In this document: piece by piece, positions 57,201 through 63,237 of the stretch | Layout: each line of letters begins with the position of its first letter | Position numbering within the stretch: position 1 is the first letter of the stretch | Origin: a virus | Virus record (IMG/VR): IMGVR_UViG_3300009716_000001 | Direction: 5' to 3' (one strand) | Length of the DNA stretch: 64,000 bases | The notes under the pieces: generated by a model | The model's database searches: none | Seen by the model: only the letters and a program-made list of their open reading frames with translations | What the model was told of the DNA's origin: nothing | Program-made: the position numbers and the translations under genes

Positions 57201-57739
57201 TGAGGAAATACACCAGCACCAATACCATAGTTAAGCACACCTCCTGTAATAGTACTTTCACGTAATGCTACAAGAGGTGAGCCGTTGTATGGTGTACCAG
57301 TAACAGGAATTCCTGGCCAACCAGCAGGAGCAGGTAAAATCACCTTTGCGTGCTCTCCGTTGGTTCCAATACCACCTGTATAATTAACACCATCTGTTCC
57401 CGGATTCAGAGACGTATAAGGTGCTCCTCCTGGAAGATAAGGGTTAGAAACACCTGATGATGGAATGATAGTATTGGCGGCTAATGTCCAATTAAGCCCT
57501 CCTTGAGGAGAGCCTAATATTGGCCATTGTTTTAATGTTATGTCTTCGTAGATGATTGCACCATACAGAATATACGCTGGATTTGGTGTAATCGGTACGA
57601 TTGAGATTGGTTGACTAGGTGGCGTAGGATTTACGGATTCTGTCTTCTGACAGATTCCATTACCTACATCGATATATTCAGGAGGACATCCACAATTCTG
57701 TTGGATTGGTACTGATACGGATTTAATCACCTTAGCCAT
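54209..57739 (-). CDS. large Cys-rich adhesin/receptor-binding-type protein with two PA14-like modules (1176 aa)
   Basis: Internal duplication: unit 1 spans aa 17-369 (56633-57691) and unit 2 spans aa 463-726 (55562-56353). Each unit has CPxGY...C, then YEDITLK[QP]WPI, then a PA14-like core. One core reads TYFIAFAVDDIAKIYLDGVLMIDHS...VTLTAGTHII...FGFEIYD. About 62 Cys by hand count. Confidence 0.55.
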   Translation of the reverse strand: MAKVIKSVSVPIQQNCGCPPEYIDVGNGICQKTESVNPTPPSQPISIVPITPNPAYILYGAIIYEDITLKQWPILGSPQGGLNWTLAANTIIPSSGVSNPYLPGGAPYTSLNPGTDGVNYTGGIGTNGEHAKVILPAPAGWPGIPVTGTPYNGSPLVALRESTITGGVLNYGIGAGVFPQQQIVSPPWVGGGTNWLDQRGIRPEDCSGENRCSNSLADDCYKCSKWYGFTHCITINTTKTYYVAAAANNAFRFKMNGILVMEFNLADGMEPTLDTLSIFPITLPAGTHVFQVDMLNYSGDGGMGFEIYDCSLAQLQGVGSLAELSTYTVFSAKDRVGGTFDVSSYAEQGYTCPPGYVYSACNGTPSCVKITTADPAPFNVKLTPCCGDTSKVHIVPHDLFLVSPILPGWTACIEDIDPTIGCWLTEETCEAVTYAGSFTVLGTFADCFKCLAECKPCDDSCKSCPPGYAMRPDGTCEGLESVPATQNPTTYIAGLGSWAQGFYGSNAGQFYEDITLKPWPIKAVNGPCSTLPAGTCSILQDNTSLPLIVTNQVANPIWGGDGGAVTNYRLKVSGLWTTVAPLPINEWIGFAYCVTLTQSKTYFIAFAVDDIAKIYLDGVLMIDHSAVGWSFRTWKIIPVTLTAGTHIIDGRVLNSGSSATFGFEIYDATLAQLLAVAAPGDLDPYIVFSTADYIGQAWQTGENSGYSCPDGYSLNTCDGIVCSRIVTVPAIDCCVAIKDCTTNEEVYLVTPGDNSHGLPDIKTLVGNGTIGKLCLNTGCVEGCFYVEETESSCVTAIPYENVISFTQYPDCPTCYKKCYILTNCLDSEETMVTDTDLSQYLNYVIAIKGCKDKCWIVTETDNCEDCSGPVIILKACPPTGTVQEKCLFTIPIINEDNELITLTVTIDGVDYAIENIDGLLQVLNDLNALNLGTWSPATISGTNYVTVIGDHNYTSLCATIKSGEGLNTTCSEPVCNTVESASNCTYDFTDARFDQPCYWKMTWIVDGTTIPLTPLPTTVQEIADAITALGFGSATVSGNSLTLIGPYQYSVITMRMDSPMCEVRPPNEVITPTCLVVPVEGGPDCACCLPKPEVVVKPLLNPRPVDPGYTTPGCSPEYTEKVNCAFGDVMNKKMLSARYGLTTCCEDPDTDWEIKKELLDFEAIKDTNLTPCNNEL

Positions 57740-57747
57740 TTTAATCT

Positions 57748-57924
57748 CTATTTTTTAGGTGGAGTGTACAACACGCTGGTTGCTTGACCTCCGTTAGTTT
57801 TCTTTTTTAATTCGGCTTCATAGCCAGCTAAGCATAACGTGCAACATTGTGCGCCATTACTTGCAGTACGCTTTTGGCATACGCAGCTTAGATTCGAGTG
57901 ACAGTTTGGACATTTTGCATGCAT
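57748..57924 (-). CDS. unannotated 58-aa Cys-rich miniprotein (below the ORF-track cutoff)
   Basis: Hand translation: MHAKCPNCHSNLSCVCQKRTASNGAQCCTLCLAGYEAELKKKTNGGQATSVLYTPPKK. It fills the otherwise empty 212-nt gap. A TATAAACC motif sits 18 nt upstream of the ATG. Confidence 0.45.
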   Translation of the reverse strand: MHAKCPNCHSNLSCVCQKRTASNGAQCCTLCLAGYEAELKKKTNGGQATSVLYTPPKK

Positions 57925-57951
57925 GATATTGTTGGTTTTATTGGTTTATAA

Positions 57952-58503
57952 CTAACAGGTTGAACATGTTAATTTACTCAATAGCTTCATCGCATAGTTG
58001 TACTGGTCCATTCCTTTGCTTGGCTGGTGACAATATTCAACCAAAGCTTTGGCAGACTTGATGTACTGCTGAATTAGACGAATCTTCTCAAGCGTTTCTT
58101 TCTTCTTTGCCGGTGGATCACATGTTCCTAAATCCAGCCCACAATATACGGATTGTATTTTATTTAACGCAGCAGTAACTCTTAAATGATTGTACTCAAC
58201 GTAAACAATTTCATTAGGTGCTACACTGTACTTAATAATATAAATACCGTCCGGAAGGTCAGTATAAGTTGTACCACAGCCTGCGTTCTGAATCTGAAGG
58301 TCACACGCAGTAAGGTTTAAAGAAAAACCCGGTTGGATTTGTTGGTCTGTAAACTGTACTGGAGTGTTGAATCCAGGTAAAGTCACCTGCAATAATTGAC
58401 AGGTAGCCGCTATTTGCGGATTATAAATTGAAGTATCCTGAACTCTCAGGATCTTGGTATTTAATGTATCTGGGACTTCAAGACTTAATACGTGCTGTGC
58501 CAT
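57952..58503 (-). CDS. structural-module protein, function unknown (183 aa)
   Basis: ATG ORF directly downstream of the 58534-58561 terminator. No motif recognised. Confidence 0.45.
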   Translation of the reverse strand: MAQHVLSLEVPDTLNTKILRVQDTSIYNPQIAATCQLLQVTLPGFNTPVQFTDQQIQPGFSLNLTACDLQIQNAGCGTTYTDLPDGIYIIKYSVAPNEIVYVEYNHLRVTAALNKIQSVYCGLDLGTCDPPAKKKETLEKIRLIQQYIKSAKALVEYCHQPSKGMDQYNYAMKLLSKLTCSTC

Positions 58504-58526
58504 CTTTTTTACTGTTTGATATTAAT

Positions 58527-58565
58527 AAAAAAAGGAGAGGAGAGATTAACTCTCACTCTCCTTTT
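58527..58565. terminator. strong rho-independent terminator after the 459-aa gene (A-run and T-run flanks, usable in both directions)
   Basis: GGAGAGGAGAG (58534-58544), loop ATTAA, CTCTCACTCTCC (58550-58561), 11 bp with one bulged A. Flanked by A7 (58527-58533) and TTTT (58562-58565). Confidence 0.75.
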
Positions 58566-58588
58566 AGTGTTTATTCTCTGTTTCCTGA

Positions 58589-59968
58589 TTAAGGAATTGG
58601 AGGTGCATCTGGAACGATGTCGCAGTTTGTACACTCCTCTGTTTCTAAAGAAACACAGTTTGGACAAGCATCTAACCAAGTAGATAAGAATGTCTCAAGT
58701 GCAGCGTTTGTACCTGCAGAGATAATCTCTAACATGTAACGGTCGTTATCGAACACACCTGTTGGGTTGTTGAAACGAGGTACACTATGTAAGATGAAAT
58801 ATCTTGTGTATAACGCGTTACGGTTTACAGCATTCAAGATGTCGTAACCTTGAGTAATCTCACGGATACGGAAATCGTTACTTGCAAAGAAGTTTTGTAA
58901 GTAAGATTCTGACATGATTAAATCACGCACAACTTGCTCACCGAAGCCCATACCTTGGATACCACGGCAGTCATTGTAAACACAAAGACCTTCGAAAGTA
59001 CAAGGGTCACCGTTGTAGTCAACAAGTGAAGCGTAGATTAACACTGGTTGCTTCTCGAAGAAGTCAGTGATTTGGAACGTACAGTTTCCGAACTTAGTCT
59101 CAACGTACGCACCGAATAAACGCATACCTGCAGTTTGTCCTGGAGCTGGAGCTACCGGAACATAAGCATCCCACCATTGAGCAGAAGTAACAGGAGTGTT
59201 AGTTCCGTCTAATGTTACAGTTGTTCCTGGTGCATACCAAGCTGTACCTGTTGTATCGTAAACTACAGGAGCAACTAAGTCCTTTAAGTAGTTGTTGATA
59301 ACTAATGCTTTTGCCCACTCAATGTAAACAGTTGTAGGGTCAACAGTTGTTGGAGTAGGACCTGAACAACATCCAGTGTAAGCTGAAAGTGTTTGGTAAG
59401 CGTTGTGGTTTAAGAAACGTAACGCTGGAGAACCTTTTACATCAATACGTAAATAGTATGTCTCACCACATAAAAAGTCAAACGCACAGTTTGCTTTTAC
59501 AGTACCACCTTGGTAGTTAGCAGGGTCGTCACCTTGGGAATTCAACGATGGAGTTGTTCCTACGGAAGTAACTGATTGTTGAGGCGTACAAGGGTCAACA
59601 CGGTACACTTTTTGGATGTACTTAGGGTTGATCAATTTTGATTTGTTGGACTCTTTGTAACCACCAACATATTGGTTTAATTTGTCTTTAGCAAGTAAAG
59701 AACCTGCAGCAAGAACTAATGGACAACATTTGTTAGCTCCTCCGCTGAAGAACGTAACGTCTACTGAGTTCCAAGTGTTTGGGTCAAAGAACCCGTACGA
59801 ACCTGGTCCGTAGTTATTGTTTGCAACAGCTAAGTCAACTTGACTAAGTGCTACAGTTGGGATACCTGCTGTATTAACGAAACCGTCCGTTAAGTTCGCA
59901 TTGGTGTTCACAGACGAAAGCTGTGTTCCCAAAAACACCTTGTTAAACGCATGATTAAAGTAAGCCAT
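58589..59968 (-). CDS. candidate abundant virion structural protein (459 aa; capsid or other major component)
   Basis: Followed by a strong terminator and preceded by an 83-nt gap containing TATAAACC. The function is inferred from context only. Confidence 0.35.
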   Translation of the reverse strand: MAYFNHAFNKVFLGTQLSSVNTNANLTDGFVNTAGIPTVALSQVDLAVANNNYGPGSYGFFDPNTWNSVDVTFFSGGANKCCPLVLAAGSLLAKDKLNQYVGGYKESNKSKLINPKYIQKVYRVDPCTPQQSVTSVGTTPSLNSQGDDPANYQGGTVKANCAFDFLCGETYYLRIDVKGSPALRFLNHNAYQTLSAYTGCCSGPTPTTVDPTTVYIEWAKALVINNYLKDLVAPVVYDTTGTAWYAPGTTVTLDGTNTPVTSAQWWDAYVPVAPAPGQTAGMRLFGAYVETKFGNCTFQITDFFEKQPVLIYASLVDYNGDPCTFEGLCVYNDCRGIQGMGFGEQVVRDLIMSESYLQNFFASNDFRIREITQGYDILNAVNRNALYTRYFILHSVPRFNNPTGVFDNDRYMLEIISAGTNAALETFLSTWLDACPNCVSLETEECTNCDIVPDAPPIP

Positions 59969-59985
59969 GATTTTTCTTTTTTAGG

Positions 59986-59993
59986 GGTTTATA
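59986..59993 (-). promoter_or_regulatory. TATAAACC motif 17 nt upstream of the 459-aa gene ATG (one of three)
   Basis: The same - strand octamer occurs at 62507-62514 (19 nt before the 339-aa ATG) and at 57943-57950 (18 nt before the 58-aa ATG). Confidence 0.3.
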
Positions 59994-60051
59994 AACATAT
60001 GATTTAATATACACATTTCTTGTCAAACTACAAAATTTTTTTCAGAATAAT

Positions 60052-60579
60052 TTAGCCAGCCATTTCTTGGTCTAACATTCTTAGAGCAATTTTGTCTTCA
60101 CCAAACGCTTCAAGCTTATCTACCCAAGTCTGCATTTTATCGTGCTCTTCTACTTGTTCTTTCAGGTATCTTAGGCAAAGTTCATAAAGCATGTGGTCTC
60201 CTAATTTTAGGGCTGCGCCAGCCATTTCTTTGATCTGCTTGGTTACCGTGATTTCGTGGTCAAACGACAATCGGATAATCTCAGGCAATCCAGTATAACG
60301 GCTCGGCTGCGCGTCTAAACTTTGTACCTGTGGGGTGACACCCATGGCCAGTAAGTATTCTCTAGCCCAACCAGCGTGAAGCATTTCTTCTTCTGAGTAC
60401 TTCTTCCAAAGAGAAGCTGCACCCATATACCCTTCATTGTTTAACCAAACAGACATTGACAGGTAAATTCTAGAAGAAAGTTCTTCCTGTTGGATTCTAT
60501 ATTGTAACTGACTGATGCAATGTTCATCAATCATTGGATTGTGTCCTTTTTTAACGGGTCTTTTTAAAAATTCAGCCAT
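60052..60579 (-). CDS. ferritin-like protein (175 aa) with conserved ferroxidase-centre ligands
   Basis: Aligned by eye to E. coli FtnA. QEELSS matches LELYSS (E17). SEEEMLHA matches AQEEMTHM (E49/E50/H53). FDHEITV matches YKHEQLI (E94). KEQVEEHD matches SEQHEEEK (E126/E129/E130). Confidence 0.75.
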   Translation of the reverse strand: MAEFLKRPVKKGHNPMIDEHCISQLQYRIQQEELSSRIYLSMSVWLNNEGYMGAASLWKKYSEEEMLHAGWAREYLLAMGVTPQVQSLDAQPSRYTGLPEIIRLSFDHEITVTKQIKEMAGAALKLGDHMLYELCLRYLKEQVEEHDKMQTWVDKLEAFGEDKIALRMLDQEMAG

Positions 60580-60584
60580 TGTCT

Positions 60585-61286
60585 TTAGTTATTGTTTTCT
60601 ACAGTTTGAGCCTGTCTTTGCATTTGAATCTGAGACTCAATATCACCGGCAATAATCTTAGCACATTCATCAATCAAGACCTCAACTAAATCATCCTTGA
60701 ACATACAAGGTACATCTACTGTTGGAATAATTCCTGTGTAAGGGTCTTTTACTCCAGCTATTTGAATCTTGGTTGGTTGTCTGTAGTAAGTTAATTCAGG
60801 AGAGACAACCGCAAACAGACCATTGGTAAAAATCTGAATCTTGTTATCTTCAAACATAGCAAACGTTTCACCCCATTCAAGGTTAGGCTGTTTGTTTTTG
60901 TCACGAAGTAACTCGTCTCTGTTACCTTGTTCTGCTAAGTAAACTACCATCTTCTTAGCTGGACAGCATTCTGACTTTGCTTGGATAGAGATTCTCTTCC
61001 AACGCATATAGTCATCAGGCATTCCATTGCTTTCAAAGTAAGTTCCGCGGTCGTTCATAGTTAACGTTACCGTATCCAGAAGGGGCTGAAGGTCATCAAT
61101 TCTACTTGTTGACTGTTCATCCCCTTCTTGCTTAACGTTTAACCCATGTAAGTTTCTACGGCACCAATCAGATTGACCCTTGTTAAAAGCCTCAATGATC
61201 TGCCAAGGCATGATATTGTCATAGTCATTACTCGCCAATTTGTTTAGGCGCTGACGAACTTTTATGAGGATAGTCTGATTAAGCAT
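60585..61286 (-). CDS. head/neck-module protein, function unknown (233 aa)
   Basis: ATG ORF whose stop lies 5 nt before the ferritin-like gene start. No motif recognised. Confidence 0.45.
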   Translation of the reverse strand: MLNQTILIKVRQRLNKLASNDYDNIMPWQIIEAFNKGQSDWCRRNLHGLNVKQEGDEQSTSRIDDLQPLLDTVTLTMNDRGTYFESNGMPDDYMRWKRISIQAKSECCPAKKMVVYLAEQGNRDELLRDKNKQPNLEWGETFAMFEDNKIQIFTNGLFAVVSPELTYYRQPTKIQIAGVKDPYTGIIPTVDVPCMFKDDLVEVLIDECAKIIAGDIESQIQMQRQAQTVENNN

Positions 61287-61290
61287 TTAA

Positions 61291-61455
61291 TTACTTCTTT
61301 TTTGACGGTACATCACAAGCAGCTTTGTTTAAGCCACCGTTGTACTTAGTCGGGTTAGTTACTACAGTTGGACATGCATTCATTCCTCCTTTGTAAGGAG
61401 TTGGATTTGTCACCACTGTTGGGAACTTGTTTGCTGTTTTCTTTACTCCGGCCAT
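61291..61455 (-). CDS. unannotated 54-aa miniprotein with an internal tandem repeat
   Basis: Hand translation: MAGVKKTANKFPTVVTNPTPYKGGMNACPTVVTNPTKYNGGLNKAACDVPSKKK. The unit PTVVTNPT[PK]Y[KN]GG[ML]N occurs twice. The ORF fills the 181-nt gap between annotated ORFs. Confidence 0.45.
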   Translation of the reverse strand: MAGVKKTANKFPTVVTNPTPYKGGMNACPTVVTNPTKYNGGLNKAACDVPSKKK

Positions 61456-61467
61456 GATATTTGTTTT

Positions 61468-62487
61468 TTATTGATTCCAGAACTTTTCAATCTTTCTTGT
61501 CAAATCCTCAAGAGTTTTCTCATGCAAAGGATTCTTCAAGAACTCTAAACACTCAGCGGCTGAACGTCCCATTTGAACTTGTGTGTCCACATGGTAAATG
61601 AAACCATCCGGTTTAGCGGCCATGATTTTGTAGAATGTAGCATCCTTAATCATAGCACGGATTTTCAAGGTTTCCATATCCAACTTAGAGTTGTCAAGGA
61701 ACGCTTGAGCCGCACGTTTCACATTACGTTCAATACCTTCACCTGAGATGTATTTATCCATGTTAGCATAGATAACATCTTGCGGTGTAGATTTCTTGTA
61801 CTGAACACTGTTTGCATCCGTAACTTTAGCCACATAGAACAGCTTGTTTTGGTTCTTCTCGAACATCTTCTCAAGCTCAGCAACTGCCTTGTTCTTAATT
61901 TTAGTAACCTCAGTTTTAGTTGAAACAGTTTCAATGTACTTATCTAAAAAGAACTTTGGTGGTACAGATTTACTACGAGCTGCTTCAAAACTTGGAGCAA
62001 TCATAGAAAATCCACCTGCCTCAATGGCGCGTAACTTAATCAAGTCATATGGGTCCTTTGCAGGGTCCAATGGAATTGGGTCGTTACCGCAACGCATTGT
62101 TATTTTACTCCAGAACTCGTGGTTATCATGCTTAAGCAATTTAACCTTATTCCAAAAATCTTCATCCTTAGGGTCAACTACATTAGCAGCTAACTCTCTT
62201 TCTAATTGGGCAACCGTTTCACGGATGTCCTTGATTTTGGCATTACGAGTTTCTTCATCCTGGATTAATTTAATTTCAGGAGCAAACTCGTTCAAACCGG
62301 TTACGTACCTCAAGATACCATTACGCTCGATACAAGCTAAAGGCTCTTCATGGAATACTCCATCATAAAGGGCCATGTTATACTTCTGCAATCCTAAGTT
62401 TTCTACTTCAGGATCTACGTAAGGCTTAACGGAAATTGTTCCGCTTTTCTTGTCACTGTACGGTGTTGATACAATTGTTACACTCAT
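61468..62487 (-). CDS. head-module protein (339 aa), possibly scaffold/decoration-like
   Basis: It has a charged helical stretch (ETRNAKIKDIRETVAQLERELA...). The gene is preceded by a perfect hairpin and a TATAAACC motif. The functional guess is weak. Confidence 0.35.
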   Translation of the reverse strand: MSVTIVSTPYSDKKSGTISVKPYVDPEVENLGLQKYNMALYDGVFHEEPLACIERNGILRYVTGLNEFAPEIKLIQDEETRNAKIKDIRETVAQLERELAANVVDPKDEDFWNKVKLLKHDNHEFWSKITMRCGNDPIPLDPAKDPYDLIKLRAIEAGGFSMIAPSFEAARSKSVPPKFFLDKYIETVSTKTEVTKIKNKAVAELEKMFEKNQNKLFYVAKVTDANSVQYKKSTPQDVIYANMDKYISGEGIERNVKRAAQAFLDNSKLDMETLKIRAMIKDATFYKIMAAKPDGFIYHVDTQVQMGRSAAECLEFLKNPLHEKTLEDLTRKIEKFWNQ

Positions 62488-62518
62488 TTTTTTGTTGGTT
62501 TATGTTGGTTTATATAGA

Positions 62519-62541
62519 GCAAAGATAACACTTATCTTTGC
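62519..62541 (-). promoter_or_regulatory. perfect 10-bp stem / 3-nt loop hairpin without a U-tract
   Basis: GCAAAGATAA (62519-62528), CAC, TTATCTTTGC (62532-62541). It lies 5 nt after the 192-aa gene stop and just upstream of the tandem ATAAACC repeats. Confidence 0.4.
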
Positions 62542-62546
62542 ATTTC

Positions 62547-63125
62547 TTAAATCTGATTTACAGGGGTAAGAAACTTTGCGTAATAAGTTGTAGTCATTAA
62601 TGCATTGATTAATGGTAAGTCATCTAACTCACCTTTTTCATCATAGCATTTAATCTCGTATCCTGTGATTAAATTAGGATTTAATTCACTGTAGATAGGT
62701 GTTTGTTTAACAGAACCTACTCTAGATAATGATGAAATTTCTACACTCACATGAGCGTAGTCACCAAACCCATCAGCTAACAAGTCTACACGGTACACAC
62801 CTGCAGCATTTCTAACAAGACTCGCCCCTTTTGCTGGTTTATAGTTTCTTGCTTTTTCTGTACCAGCTTGGCATTCAGAGTTAGTTTCTACTAAACATCC
62901 TCCACCAGTTGATAACAAACGTGCATACACACCAGGAGGTGGTTCAATACCTGTAAAACGTTTTAATACACTTACCGCTACTTTTCTACCTGCATTGTAA
63001 TTTAATTGGTCAATCAAATGGTTGTAGTCATTTACAGTTAGTAAAGCATTGTCACCTTTATAGGCACCTAAAAATGTGAAGATTCTTCTGCGGTTAGCAA
63101 CTAGTTTTTGAAAAAGTGTTATCAT
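62547..63125 (-). CDS. head-module protein, function unknown (192 aa)
   Basis: ATG ORF downstream of the 63210-63228 terminator. No motif recognised. Confidence 0.45.
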   Translation of the reverse strand: MITLFQKLVANRRRIFTFLGAYKGDNALLTVNDYNHLIDQLNYNAGRKVAVSVLKRFTGIEPPPGVYARLLSTGGGCLVETNSECQAGTEKARNYKPAKGASLVRNAAGVYRVDLLADGFGDYAHVSVEISSLSRVGSVKQTPIYSELNPNLITGYEIKCYDEKGELDDLPLINALMTTTYYAKFLTPVNQI

Positions 63126-63200
63126 GATTTTGTTATTTTGTATGTTAATATTGGCTCTTTACCGGGACGCTGAATCCCTCGTCTGTTTCACCTTGTAAAG

Positions 63201-63234
63201 AAAAAAAAAGGGGGAGGATTAGTCCCCCTTTTTT
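63201..63234. terminator. strong rho-independent terminator after the edge-truncated gene
   Basis: GGGGGA (63210-63215), loop GGATTAG, TCCCCC (63223-63228). Flanked by A9 (63201-63209) and T6 (63229-63234). Confidence 0.75.
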
Positions 63235-63237
63235 GGG

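Noticed and set aside
49450-57924. A diversity-generating retroelement or invertible-segment mechanism acting on the fibre cluster.
   Set aside because: No reverse transcriptase, recombinase or invertase ORF is present in the window. I saw no template/variable nucleotide repeat pair or flanking inverted repeats around the fibre genes. The similarity among these genes is at diverged protein level only.
59969-60051. Canonical Bacteroidota sigma-A promoter (TTTG at -33 plus TAnnTTTG at -7) upstream of the 459-aa gene and in other gaps (52730-52773, 49306-49382).
   Set aside because: Only partial matches were found: TATGTTTA and TATTTTTA instead of TAnnTTTG, and a TTTG at a non-canonical 24-nt spacing. 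That is too weak to call, so I report the recurrent TATAAACC and AAAGTTT/AAACTTT motifs instead.
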